Shown here: positions 12,901-26,243 of the stretch, piece after piece
How the letters are laid out: each line of letters starts with the position of its first letter
Position numbering within the stretch: position 1 is the stretch's first letter
NCBI GenBank assembly: GCA_964016885.1
Contig: CAXHJY010000463.1
Location: forward strand, 1-28,645
Reading direction: 5' to 3'
From: Eledone cirrhosa
Lineage: Eukaryota
DNA length: 28,645 nucleotides
Notes under the pieces: model-generated
Databases searched by the model: none
The model's input: only the letters and a program-made list of their open reading frames with translations
Told to the model about the DNA's origin: nothing
Program-made: the position numbers and the translations under genes

Positions 12901-13162
12901 TTGGGAAATCAGTAATTGTATATTTTAAGTTCGATTTCTTGTAATGTTTTTTTTATATGTAAAGTATGTGAATTATTGACGGACGTAAGAATGAAAACTC
13001 AATACCGAAGTTGAGTTTAAATATTCATTTATTTTGGCTAAGTGAATGGCTTAACCACTTTTCTGTAAACCTAACTATATATGATTTCAAACGAATGAAG
13101 GTCTTCTTGTTCTGCTGAAGTCATTTCTATATTAGAACAAACATAGTACCATCTGTATTATA

Positions 13163-13354
13163 GTTATTGTTTCTATTTTTGGCACAAGGCCAGCAATTAT
13201 CAGTACTTTACTGGTACTTCATTTTATCGACCTCGTAAGGATGAAAGGCAAAGTTAACATCGGCGATATTTGAACTCAGATCATAAAGGGGCGTATTTCT
13301 ATGCTTCAAAGCATGGTGTCCGACTCTCTACCGATACTGTCAATCCACCGCCCT
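13163..13354 (-). mobile_element. SINE family A, full length, with 11-bp target-site duplication
   Basis: Family match; tctgtattata occurs at 13152-13162 and 13354-13364. Confidence 0.92.
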
Positions 13355-13915
13355 CTGTATTATATTTATTGAGTACTTTATGTAACTGTGGTCTCTTTCC
13401 GTTCTTCTTCTGTGCCAACTGAATATCCTTGTCATATATACAAAGCAATGTTAACAACAATATACGTCAAAGAAAAATGTACCCATCATAGTACATAAAA
13501 GATAAATTATTAAATCCGCAATTTCGTTTCAAAAAGCAATTCTTTGTGAAACTAACTGCGTCATTAACGACACGTCCGAAATTTCAGTTGATTATAGCAA
13601 CAGGGTTACCTCCTCATGAGCTTTTGAATAATAAATTATCGACACTTTTTCCGCCATTGCTGGCGCTAATAAAACTTGTTAAAGGCCATTGATACTCCTG
13701 TTATTCAGCTGTTAGTTTCGTCACTTGAAATCGATGGCAAAGTTTATTAACATATTTCATCTACTTTGCTAAATTCATTTAAGACTTTCCAAGATGTCAA
13801 ACTAAAATCTTTGAAGTTGTTGACACATATTAACGATTTAGGAGCGAACGAAAACGATGGAAAGTGAAATGAATTAAAAGATTCAAACTAGGAGTGTTAC
13901 AGACATGTACGAACG

Positions 13916-13948
<33 letters not shown>

Positions 13949-14085
13949 TTATTGCAGAGACGATAGTAAAATTTCATAGGTTTTCTTTAATCACGTGACA
14001 ACTGATTAATTCCCTCCTCTCAAATGCTAGTTCTGTATAAACTTCCATACGTAAATCGTAAATACATGCATACCTATACACATAC

Positions 14086-14089
<4 letters not shown>

Positions 14090-14148
<59 letters not shown>

Positions 14149-14283
14149 CACATATAGATATACACGCTCATATGTGTGTGTATGAATGTATATACGCACA
14201 TATATATGTATATATATATACGTTCATACATACGGGTTTTTTCTTTCACTTCGTTCAATATATATATGTATTATATATCTATT

Positions 14284-14338
<55 letters not shown>

Positions 14339-14619
14339 CATACATACAAATAGATATATTCGTATATTTCTCTTCGCACTCTATAATTGATTGTCTCCCT
14401 TTAGTAGCTATCTTGTTCCCGTTATGTTAATGTGATCCATTCCCTTCAAAGAACGACTTGACGTATTTTACGCAGGTATGAATGTGTGCATGCGCGCATC
14501 TATGTATGCATATATGTATATATATGTAGACATATACGTTTATATGAAAGTATGTATGTATTTATATTTATTACCATTCTAGATAGCTCTCTCGGTCTAT
14601 CTATCTCTCTATCTCACTC

Positions 14620-14669
<50 letters not shown>

Positions 14670-14675
14670 TACATG

Positions 14676-14765
<90 letters not shown>

Positions 14766-14798
14766 CATGTATATGTATATATATATATATATATATCC

Positions 14799-14832
<34 letters not shown>

Positions 14833-14834
14833 CC

Positions 14835-14907
<73 letters not shown>

Positions 14908-14910
14908 TTT
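14090..14910. repeat. Cluster of (TA)n/(CA)n/(TG)n/(TC)n microsatellites
   Basis: Directly visible. Confidence 0.85.
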
Positions 14911-15410
14911 ACATATATTTCATTGATTTCCGTCATAACTGCCTGTTTATCTAATTAAATCTAATTAGTCTAACTTCATTATCAAATCTCATTAAATAAC
15001 GGCAAATCACGGTGCCTTTACACTTATCAACATTGTAGCAAACACTCTATGAAGCAAACGTTTCTTGTGACCAACACAAGGCCAATATATAGCACCACAT
15101 TCTCTTCAAATGTAAATGTTAAGCCTCACTTTCGCTCTGAATTAACTCCTACATCTCTCCTATAATGTTACCATAGATACATACCAATTATAGACTTTCC
15201 TCTGCTAGACTTCAACATAACTTCAATAATGAAACGTTGTCAATCCATTACTTACTACATGTCTACTCTCATATTAGATTATATATTCGTATATATACGC
15301 TGAGTTTGCAATAGTCGATCCTCGAAAGGAGGGATCAACAAGTTCTTATTTTGATGGCTCACTTCTCATTTTGTTTAGATCTGCTGATAGCCCACAACTA
15401 TTATATTATT

Positions 15411-15620
15411 TGGCATTATCGGTAGAGGGTATGGCGCCATATTTTGCAGCATAGAGTTACGGCCCTTTATGATCTGAGCTCAAATCCCGCCGGGGTTAAC
15501 TTTGCATTTCATCCTTACCGGGTTGATAAAATAAATTACCAGTAACTTATTAGGGTCGATTTAATCGATTTTCCCCTCTCCCCAAATTACTGGCATTGTG
15601 TCTATACTAGAAATCATTAT
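15411..15620 (+). mobile_element. SINE family A, longer and more diverged variant
   Basis: Family match plus an extra segment gggtcgatttaatcgattttcccctctccccaaa before the tail. Confidence 0.88.
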
Positions 15621-15916
15621 ATTATATTATATTATATGATATGATATGATATGATATGATATGATAGGATATGATATGATATGATATGATATGATATGAT
15701 ATGATATGATATGATATGATATGATATGATATGATATGATATGATATGATATGACATGATATGATAAGATATGATATGATATGATATGATATGATATGAT
15801 ATGATAGGATATGATATGATATGATATGATATGATATGATATGATATGATATATGATATATATTATATTATATTATATTATATTATATTATATTATATTA
15901 TATTATATTATATTAT
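15617..15916. repeat. (ATATG)n and (ATATT)n pentanucleotide arrays
   Basis: Directly visible, continuous with the SINE tail. Confidence 0.95.
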
Positions 15917-15922
15917 GGTATT

Positions 15923-16102
15923 ATTGGCAGTATCGGTAGAGGGTCGGACGCCATGCTTTCCAGCATAGTTACGTCCCTTTACGATCTGAGTTCAAATCCC
16001 GCCGAGGTTGACTTTGCCTTTCATCCTTACGGGGTCGATAAAATAAAGTACCAGTAATGCACTGGATATTTGCTGGCCTTGTGCCTAAAGTAGAAACAAT
16101 TA
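15923..16102 (+). mobile_element. SINE family A
   Basis: Family match; followed by (ATATT)n to about 16205. Confidence 0.92.
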
Positions 16103-16205
16103 TATTATATTATATTATATTATATTATATTATATTATATTATATTATATTATATTATATTATATTATATTATATTATATTATATTATATTATATTATAT
16201 TATAT

Positions 16206-16390
16206 AAGGGCGGTGAATTGGCAGTAACATTAGAGGGTCAGCCGTCATGCTTTGCCGCATAGAGTTACGGGCCTTTACGATCTGGGTTCAAATCCCGCCG
16301 AGGTTAACTTTGCCTTTCATCGGCAAAATAAAGTACCAGTGATATACTGAGATAATTGCTGGCCTTGTGCCAAAAGTAGAAGCAATTATA
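16206..16390 (+). mobile_element. SINE family A with small internal deletion
   Basis: Family match; the ccttacggggtcgat segment is largely deleted. Confidence 0.9.
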
Positions 16391-16447
16391 TCATATTATA
16401 TTATACAAAACTTATATATCTGTATGTATATATCAGTGAATATTATT

Positions 16448-16557
16448 CGAATGAAAAAGTTCTAGTCCTGAAGAAGCCGTTTCTACATTAAACATTATAT
16501 ACTCTACTATATATTGAGTACCTTACTTACTGTGGTTAACACCGATTGAACCCGGTA
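16448..16557 (+). mobile_element. Degenerate 3' tail of the putative PLE family also seen at 25787-26060
   Basis: cgaatgaaaaagttctagtcctgaagaagcc resembles 26008-26037; attgagtaccttacttactgtggtt...accgattgaacccgg resembles the reverse complement of 25796-25846. Confidence 0.75.
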
Positions 16558-16578
16558 TACACACACACACACACACAT

Positions 16579-16631
<53 letters not shown>

Positions 16632-16987
16632 CCCACCCCACGCACACACCGGTTCCCCTTTTCCTCAACATTGAACCCCGTTCTTCCCCCAACTCTCGCA
16701 TTCACATACACACGCACACACACACACACGTACACCTACACACATACACAAACACCAACTTCAGCCCTCCCCGCTCGGACCCCCCTGTCTGCCTCTACCA
16801 ACTCCACTCCTACACACCTCACACCCTTCCACCATTTATTTATTTTTATGTTTATTTTTATGGTTATTTTTATTTGTACTTCTAAAATCGATTTTCCTCC
16901 CTTTTCTCTCCCTCTCCTTTTTTCTAATCTAAATGACTTTCCACCACTCCCCCACACACCCTTGAAACTCTCTTCCTACCCACGTTC

Positions 16988-17019
16988 CTCCTGATGAAGG
17001 GTTTATGCCCGAAACGTCG
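16988..17019 (+). ncRNA. Minimal hammerhead ribozyme core in a probable Penelope-like 3' end (~16630-17108)
   Basis: CTGATGA-a-gggt-ttat-gccc-GAAA-c-GTC is a typical PLE-type motif, but stem I pairing is poor. Confidence 0.7.
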
Positions 17020-17103
17020 TTCCCCATCCCCCTACTCTCAAAACCGTGAACCTAATGAACTCATATTTGTACTGCCTCTCTGTTTTTGTTCGCTTCTAAA
17101 ATT

Positions 17104-17176
<73 letters not shown>

Positions 17177-17206
17177 AGATCAAAAGATGGTTAAAGGAGT
17201 TCCATG

Positions 17207-17277
17207 TATTTTATTATGCGCATTTCAAAAACAAACATCATCATGCAATAATATTTGTGTTTTCATCAGATAAAACA
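17207..17277 (-). ncRNA. Minimal type-I hammerhead ribozyme with extended stem II
   Basis: Minus strand ttttat-CTGATGA-aaacacaaatattattgcatgatgatgtttgttttt-GAAA-tgcgc-ATA-ataaaa. Stem I of 6 bp, long imperfect stem II, palindromic stem III atgcgcat. Confidence 0.8.
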
Positions 17278-17361
17278 GGAGAACATGATATGAAGGCTAA
17301 AAAACACTTGTGGATAGTGCAGTTTTAAATCAACATATGTACTACAATAAAACTCACCTCC

Positions 17362-17403
<42 letters not shown>

Positions 17404-17639
17404 AGACGCATTCACAGAGTCACACACAGTTACACACAACACAACATATATCGATTCCTTACCAAAATTAACCATCTCCGAGTAACCAGGTTGGTTAACT
17501 TTGAGTTCTCTATTCGTCAGATGACAGCTACAGCACTCTCTCTACGCTACGTCACACAACAGCGTCCAACATGACTTTATATATATTCAAACATTCACTT
17601 GAAACTCAACATAGCCCCCAGAAAGAACTGTATGTCGGG

Positions 17640-18180
<541 letters not shown>

Positions 18181-18463
18181 CTGTATGTGTAAGAATGTGG
18201 TTATGGTGGTGGTGTTGTGTGCTAATATATATGTAGAAAAATATACCGTTTGACACCTCTAAGTACGAATGTTGCACTTTGTTGTATCTACCTTATGGCA
18301 TTGTGTGAGTCCATTAACAATATTGTAGTTTTTATATGGAAAAAAGAAGACCAACGAAAAAGTGACAGCTGTTCATGATTCAATAATCTAACTCACTCAT
18401 ACAGAAAGATAAATAGATATAAGTATAAATACATTTATATATATATATATTTATTATTATTAC

Positions 18464-18548
<85 letters not shown>

Positions 18549-18560
18549 ATGTATAATGAA

Positions 18561-18700
18561 GGCGTGTGGCTGAGCGGATGGAGAATTGGATTCGCAATCG
18601 TTCGTGAGGCTGTGAGTTCTATTCCCGGGCGAACCGTTATGTCCTTGAACAAGACACTTTCTTTTACGCTGCTCCTTCTACCTGGAGTTACAACAGATAG
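18561..18700 (+). mobile_element. tRNA-derived SINE, family B (diverged)
   Basis: A-box-like tggctgagcgg, B-box-like gagttctattccc, then gtccttgaacaagacactt as in CORE/V-type SINE central domains (recalled); 3' end uncertain. Confidence 0.7.
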
Positions 18701-18770
18701 ATAGTATTAGCAATCGGAAAGAAGAATGGAAACATTGTTTCCTCGGTCCGATTTGACGAAAGTCGATCGA

Positions 18771-18832
<62 letters not shown>

Positions 18833-19276
18833 GCATTTATATATTTATAAATACCAATATATATATATATATCAGAGAATATTACATATTAATGTTCATA
18901 TATGGAACAAAAGAGCTAGCGAAGGTTTCAATTCAACGCCCAATATTGACCATCCATATTTCCAGAATTTTGGGGGCATCAAAATTGTGTCCAAATCTTC
19001 AGATTATAAGATCTCCTTCCCATTGAGCACACTTTTCTTTTTTCCTTTATCATACGCACGGACATTGCTACACACACACATACACACACAAGGCACACAC
19101 ACACATGGACACACATATATTCAGTGCCTGCCCCAACCACGAGGTATCAAGTATGTAGGATTCGAATACCAGACATGGTGATACCCAATTGTTTCCGTGG
19201 CAGTGGGTTCCACGACCTCTTATTAGTATACTATTTATTATAAATATATACATACATTAGAATGGGTGCTCTGTAC

Positions 19277-19310
<34 letters not shown>

Positions 19311-19411
19311 ATATATAAATGTATGAATATATATATATATGTATGTATGTATATATATAAATGTATGAATATATATATATATATATGTATGTATGTATAT
19401 ATATAAATGTA

Positions 19412-19467
<56 letters not shown>

Positions 19468-19637
19468 TACATATATATATTTATATATATATATATATAT
19501 TTTTTGAGTATATGTTGGTTGTATACCAACACCTCAGTAAGCAGATTGGAGCACTCGACGAAGTGCGCAGGTTGGTTTGGTTACTCCGGATTAATGTAAA
19601 ATAAAATGAAACTGACCAATGAGAGGAGAAGAAGCCC

Positions 19638-19690
19638 TTTGACGCTGGAATTCGTTTGTTTAAATTCATATGATTCCAGTTCCTCAGAAA
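19638..19690 (-). ncRNA. Inactivated hammerhead remnant lacking GAAA
   Basis: Minus strand ttt-CTGAGGA-a-ctggaat...attccag-c-GTC-aaa has a 7-bp stem II and stem I ttt/aaa but no GAAA. Confidence 0.5.
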
Positions 19691-19884
19691 TAACCACCCA
19701 ACCAGGAACTGGGCATATCAGAGTATTGACAAAGTTATACACCTCAACAACATGTCTACTCGTCTCTACCATACTAATTCGGACTGCCTGAAGTGGTCAC
19801 AGCCAAAGATGGCTGTCACCCAAGTATATATAGCAGTAATAAACGAAGCCAAATTTTAAACATTTGACTTATTTATTTCATTTT

Positions 19885-20298
<414 letters not shown>

Positions 20299-20303
<5 letters not shown>

Positions 20304-20415
20304 AGTAAGTAAGACCCCGACGGCTGAGCTCAAGCCGTTTCGACGGCTAATTCGAGTACAGAATTAGCCGTCGAAACGGCTTGAGCTCAGCCGTCGGGGT
20401 CTTACTTACTCCTAT
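20299..20415. repeat. Perfect 55-bp inverted repeat with 7-nt spacer
   Basis: 20299-20353 is the exact reverse complement of 20361-20415; spacer gagtaca. Confidence 0.95.
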
Positions 20416-20492
20416 TACCCACTCTACTACCCTAAGTATTGAGTACTTTGGTGCGTTATGGTCCACCTGGTTCCTTACCACTTTTCCCTCGC

Positions 20493-20523
<31 letters not shown>

Positions 20524-20604
20524 ATAATAATAAATTTGAAGACTAAAATCCAAAGAGGGCTCAATACGGATAATTATATATCAAATATATAACCGTAGAG
20601 CAAG

Positions 20605-20772
20605 TATTTATTAAAATAACAGATTAAAGTTTAAGCAAAGAATCGCTGCTTTCACCCTTAACGGGATCTTCTGATACTAACAAAGTCAATCAATTGTTAG
20701 TTTCAGAAGATCCCGTTAAAGGTGAAAGCAGCGATTCTTTGCTTAAACTTAAATCTGTTATTTTAATAAATA
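20605..20772. repeat. 79-bp inverted repeat (3 mismatches, 10-nt spacer); each arm carries an HHR-like fold
   Basis: 20605-20683 versus 20694-20772 compared by eye; spacer agtcaatcaa. Confidence 0.92.
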
Positions 20773-20796
20773 TATATATATATATATATATATATT

Positions 20797-20853
<57 letters not shown>

Positions 20854-21160
20854 CTGAAGACAGCATATATATGTGTAGGTATGTATATTCCCTCTGATAG
20901 TTTGTAAAAATTTTACATAGATCTATATGATATACATACCAACACACACATATATATCCTAGAAACGATCGTAAAATGATGAATTTTTTAATATAAGGAA
21001 ATCTTTCTTTGTTTTTATTCATTATTTTTATTTATTTATCTTGACTCTGTTTTCCTGTGTTTTTCATCGAAAAAATTTTGAATACATCTCTTATATTTGG
21101 ATTACATTGAGTTCTTCATACGGATTGGACACTACCGTATATTTTGGTAGATTTATCTAC

Positions 21161-21326
<166 letters not shown>

Positions 21327-22519
21327 GAAATTATTCTAGACGTATACATTATTATTTGATTCGTCTCGATTCACAGAATGAAACGTTTTCTATTTAAATT
21401 TCATCCCAAGCAGTTGGATTAATTGTTAAATAGTTAATAGAAAATATCGTGACGTATAAGAAATAGAGAACCAGAAGCTTTGATATTGCATACAATGTAT
21501 CTCCCTTTAAATATATGGATGGATGTCTTACATTGACAAGGTGCCAATAAAATGTGTATCAAGGCAATTCTATGACAATAGAGTATAGAATTTCCAACTA
21601 TGTTTGAAAGGAAGATATTTCGTTGGGTGAAACTCAACGTTAGCTTCAAGAAAAAAAAAAAAAGAAATAAAGATGAACATGTATCAACATGCTTACGTGC
21701 TTAATTCGTTTAATTTTGATAGGTTTGTAAATGATTGAGTTTTCCTTGACGAAATATTGTAATCCGCGATGGAAGTGATAGTATGAACTCCAAGACCTTT
21801 GAATTTTGAAACAATTGTAAAACCATAGTTCTCTGTTTCATATCTTCTGAACCTCTGTCTGAAAGCCACTCGTTATTCTTCTGCTTCAAATACTGTCATA
21901 TAACGACTAAGCTACTAATGTACTTCATACTTAGATGCTAATTTCATCGTTAAACTAAAAAGCCATTCATTGAAGAGAAAGAATAACTCTAGCTATCAGC
22001 ACAATCAGATCTAAGCACAAGTAGATTCTCCTTCCTTCTTAGGATCGGTCGCTTCTTCGTAACCAACGCTAAAATTTTATTATCAAAAGTGAATACATAT
22101 GATTTATTCATCTGAATCAAAGAATTACTCCAACCAAAGCAATGAAGCGGAAATTATTTATTTGAAAGCTTGTTATTTTGATCTGTGAGAAATACTGTTC
22201 GTTCTGAAGTAGCCATTTTGTTTTGTCTATCACTGCCCGTCGGCTTATTTAGCTAGGCGTGAAACTGTTTCCACTAATATTAGACGAGTAACTATCAGTA
22301 TTCGATGACCCTACCAGTTTTAATTATAGGGTCAATTATAGCTTTGTAATTATATTTTCGATTCTATTCACTCCACAATAATAATATAGTATAGCCGCTG
22401 AATAAAATATCGGGCGTGGTAATTTTGTAATTATAGTTTCGAGACATGACAAATCCGCGGACAATGTAGACGTTGGCTATTCATTTGTTCAGTCAAGCAA
22501 ACGCCTGAATCGTTAAATT

Positions 22520-22620
22520 AACGTGAACCCGGTTATATATTCCACAGACACGTGTGCTACTAACGTAATTCATGAGTAGAGGCAGAGGAGAACATTATGA
22601 GACAAGTCTGGACTTTTATA
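22520..22620 (+). mobile_element. Old degenerate interspersed-repeat (SINE tail-like) fragment
   Basis: tccacagacacgtgtgctactaacgtaattc...gacaagtctggac resembles a recalled abundant octopus repeat; no second copy in the window. Confidence 0.35.
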
Positions 22621-23285
22621 TTAAAAGTACAGTTCTCTGACCTGCTTCCTCAATGTTTCACTGTTTGATTTCACATATAAAGCCTGGCTTGAACTGGCGT
22701 TGTCGTAAAGATATGATTGAAAAGAGAACTTCTTAAACACATCTGCGTTTAAGAACATATTAGCGACGGTGATTGTGTAAAGAATTCGAAGATGGTGTTT
22801 GTATATACCTACATTAACCACAAGGCTGAAAGTTCGGATCACTTTTTTAGTAAATACGTATGCTGTCAACCAGTTGAAATATTATGATTGTCTCAATTTT
22901 ACAACATCTACAATATGTCAATGGCAGAACCGCACTGGCTGTCACCTGTTATATAGTGAACAAGAAAAACATAGTTATTTATAGCCTTGCTTCGATTAAC
23001 CTGTAGCATTGAATAAATAATTCTACACCAAATATCGCGAAAATTAAGTCAGTCATTTGCAGTTTTAAATTAAACCATTAATTGAAGACTGCACCTTTAA
23101 CATGTAACAATCTCCATTTCACCTCATTATGATGCAATACACAGAAACAAGATAGTTACACCGAGTGGTCAGCTCACCTACTAAACATAGCAGTAAAATC
23201 CCACACTGTCGTCTTTAAAAACGTCAGAAGGGAATATTAAAAAGATATTTCCAGGTTCTCCAGAAAAAATAGGATGAGGGAAGGA

Positions 23286-23530
23286 TTAACACTTTAGCAT
23301 TTAAAGCGGCCATATCCATCCAGAATTCTTTCACCTCTTTCTGTTCAAACCAGCCATAACTGGCCGCTCATACTAACGTTAGGTGTTGTTCTCAAAGTAC
23401 ATATCAAAATCTCTAAGAATCGATATTACGTGAGATAATTATGTGAGGTAAAGCCTTTACCGTGAACATACAACAGTTAATATAGAGTAATGTAAATGTA
23501 AATATAGAGTAATGTAATGTAAAGGATTAA
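23286..23530. mobile_element. Degenerate piggyBac-like MITE
   Basis: Ends ttaa-cactttagcatt and aatg-taaagga-ttaa form imperfect terminal inverted repeats between TTAA sites; resembles a recalled octopus ttaaccctttagcatt element. Confidence 0.5.
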
Positions 23531-24239
23531 TGACAAAATGTAACATAAATGTATGACTATATATAATTTAACTATTAGTCAAGTTTTTTTACAGGCTCTA
23601 TTAAGAGCTTAACTCTAATCAAACAGGCTCTCAATTCATTATTTACTGAGGTAGAAAGCATTACTTGCATGAGAGTATCGAAAAAGGAAAGTTGTGTGCT
23701 TGGCATTCATTCACTATTTAAGCATTTATCGCACTTTGAAAAAAAAACACAAAAAAAAACAAAACAAAACATGAAATAAAAGTCTTTACATAAAAGTATT
23801 ATTCCATGTCTGAAACGAACACCGTTTCAATGAGAGAAGAGACAATGGATTGGTTCCCACTGTTTTACTCGTTCTCATTTATATCGTCACCAATGGTTGG
23901 GTTTTTTGCAGACGTTCTAAAGATTCTGGTAATTGAACGTCAATTTTGAGCATAACTTTATTGGGAGATTAAAATACGGTTCTCACTCAAAAAGTTTTCT
24001 TTATTTACGAAATAGGAGAAAAAAAAAAAGAATGAATTATGACAAAGATTAAAATGGTTACCATTCTTTCCATTCTCTCCAGTTTGTTTGTTAATGTAAT
24101 GGTTTCTAAAATAAAATGCAGTCATTTCATACACTGTCTGGAATTATGCAATAAAAATATAATTTGAAAAGAAAATTGATACATTTATCTCGAATAAAAA
24201 ATATAATTATTACTATAAATACATATCTATATATCAGCT

Positions 24240-24282
24240 CATATATAAATAAATAAATATATATATACACACACACACACAC

Positions 24283-24364
<82 letters not shown>

Positions 24365-24444
24365 TTATATATATGTATATATGTATCTATCTGCTTATGC
24401 ATCATTCTTCTATCTATTATTCTCAATACACCCACTTACCTTCC

Positions 24445-24539
<95 letters not shown>

Positions 24540-24842
24540 TGTATGTATGTATGTATGTATGTATATAATCACAAACACACACACATATATATATAGTCCT
24601 ACGTATAAATACGTTCGTTTATACTTGCATGACTGTGTATCGATCTGTCTCTATATATAATGAATCCGAACACATATATGACATAATTTTATCTCTATTT
24701 TGATTCAATTATATATATACTCAATTTTATCGGCATATATATTTAAATTTCCGTTTAATTGTCATTCGATACACACGAATATAAATGTATTTATGCAACC
24801 CCAATAATATTATATAATATATATATATACATATATATATAT

Positions 24843-24889
<47 letters not shown>

Positions 24890-24897
24890 AAAATATG

Positions 24898-24960
<63 letters not shown>

Positions 24961-25110
24961 ATATATATATATACATGTGTGTGTGTTTGTGTACATACGT
25001 ATATTGAGTAAGGCAGATACACATGCATACACACATATCACACACACACATATATATATGTGTGTGGGTGTGTGTGTGTGTGTGTGTGCGGTTGTGTGTG
25101 TGTGTACATA
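24240..25110. repeat. (TA)n/(TATG)n/(TG)n microsatellite cluster
   Basis: Directly visible. Confidence 0.85.
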
Positions 25111-25340
25111 CGTTTATTGAATGAGGCAGATCTGCGGACTAACACAAACAGATATGATCTCCATAGCGTTTGATATGCAAAGTGGTCCGAGAGACGAAGC
25201 TGATTGTAATCCCGAGATGAAAAATAACCGAGGTGTCCTACACGAGTGAAAGTATAAAGAAAAAGAGATGAAATCGAAAATGCAACTGGAGTATTTTTTT
25301 TTTTATTTTTTTTTTTTTTAATATATATATTTATTTGGTT

Positions 25341-25378
25341 CCTTTACCGGTTTCGCAGTTCTTCTGCTTTTCAAAAGG
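25341..25378 (-). ncRNA. Minimal hammerhead ribozyme, U3-A8 core variant
   Basis: Exact reverse complement of 25620-25657. Confidence 0.75.
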
Positions 25379-25619
25379 TGAGTTGAGATGGAAGGTCTAT
25401 AGTTTTTCTCGCATCTTATGCTTTTCAAAAGTAGAATTGACATGGAGTGATTGTGGTTTTTCTCGCATATATATATATATCTAGGGTGGATAAAATTCAC
25501 AAGATCCATGGAAGAGTTCTCTTCAGCGGTCTCTATCTCTCATTATCGCTGCCACGTCCTGCGTCTCCAAGAGACCAGTGTCTGTCCTAGAAAAACCACA
25601 GACCCTCCATCTCAACTCA

Positions 25620-25657
25620 CCTTTTGAAAAGCAGAAGAACTGCGAAACCGGTAAAGG
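25620..25657 (+). ncRNA. Minimal hammerhead ribozyme, U3-A8 core variant
   Basis: cctt-TTGAAAA-gcag-aagaa-ctgc-GAAA-ccg-GTA-aagg. Stem I 4 bp, stem II 4 bp, palindromic stem III accggt. Confidence 0.75.
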
Positions 25658-25732
25658 AAACAAATAAATATATATATTTAAAAAAAAAAAAAAAAAAAAT
25701 AATAATAATAAGTTGCATTTTCGATTTCATCT

Positions 25733-25789
<57 letters not shown>

Positions 25790-25984
25790 TTTATCCCGGG
25801 TTCGATCGGTGTCGGGGGTAACCACAGTAAGAAAGGTACTCAATGCATAGCAGATTATAAATATTTAATATTGAAATGGCTTCTACAGGACTTTAAATCG
25901 ATCAACCAATAAACTGCACCCATCTCAATCACCACCCTCTTCTACCAACAGAAAAGGTATAAATACCACCATATTACTTGTTCA

Positions 25985-26037
25985 GACGGCTTCCTGATGA
26001 TTTCTCCCGAATGAAACAGTTGTAGTCCTGTAGAAGC
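25985..26037 (+). ncRNA. Minimal hammerhead-like motif with non-canonical stem I
   Basis: CTGATGA(25994)-t-ttc-tccc-gaa-t-GAAA-cagtt-GTA; stem III aca/tgt; stem I register ambiguous (gac/gtc or gcttc/gaagc). Confidence 0.6.
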
Positions 26038-26243
26038 TAATTCTATATTAAATTATTAAATATATATTAACGTATGTTGATGCCCTAAGGACAGACACTG
26101 GTCTCTTGGAGACGCAGGACATGGCAGCGATAATGAGAGATAGAGACCGCTGAAGAGAACTCGTCCAAGGATCTTGTGAATTTTATCCGCCCTAGATATA
26201 TATATATATGCGAGAAAAACCACAATCACTCCATCTCAATTCT

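Noticed and set aside
15411-16390. CRISPR-like repeat-spacer arrangement
   Set aside because: Eukaryotic SINEs separated by microsatellites; wrong sizes and no cas genes
17490-17525. Minus-strand ctgacga...ctcaaagttaac
   Set aside because: GAAA and the cleavage triplet are missing and stem I is unsupported
19181-19230. Minus-strand cgtgg/ccacg-GAAA-caattg HHR-like motif
   Set aside because: No CUGANGA at the right spacing and no NUH site; at most a heavily decayed remnant
19505-19680. Possible GIY-YIG C-terminus on the + strand
   Set aside because: Only vague similarity across broken frames, and the HHR remnant indicates the opposite orientation
26145-26195. ctgaaga here, plus similar isolated core heptamers near 8198(-), 9191, 11902, 18997(-) and 20854
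   Set aside because: No stem II-GAAA-stem III geometry follows; such heptamers occur by chance
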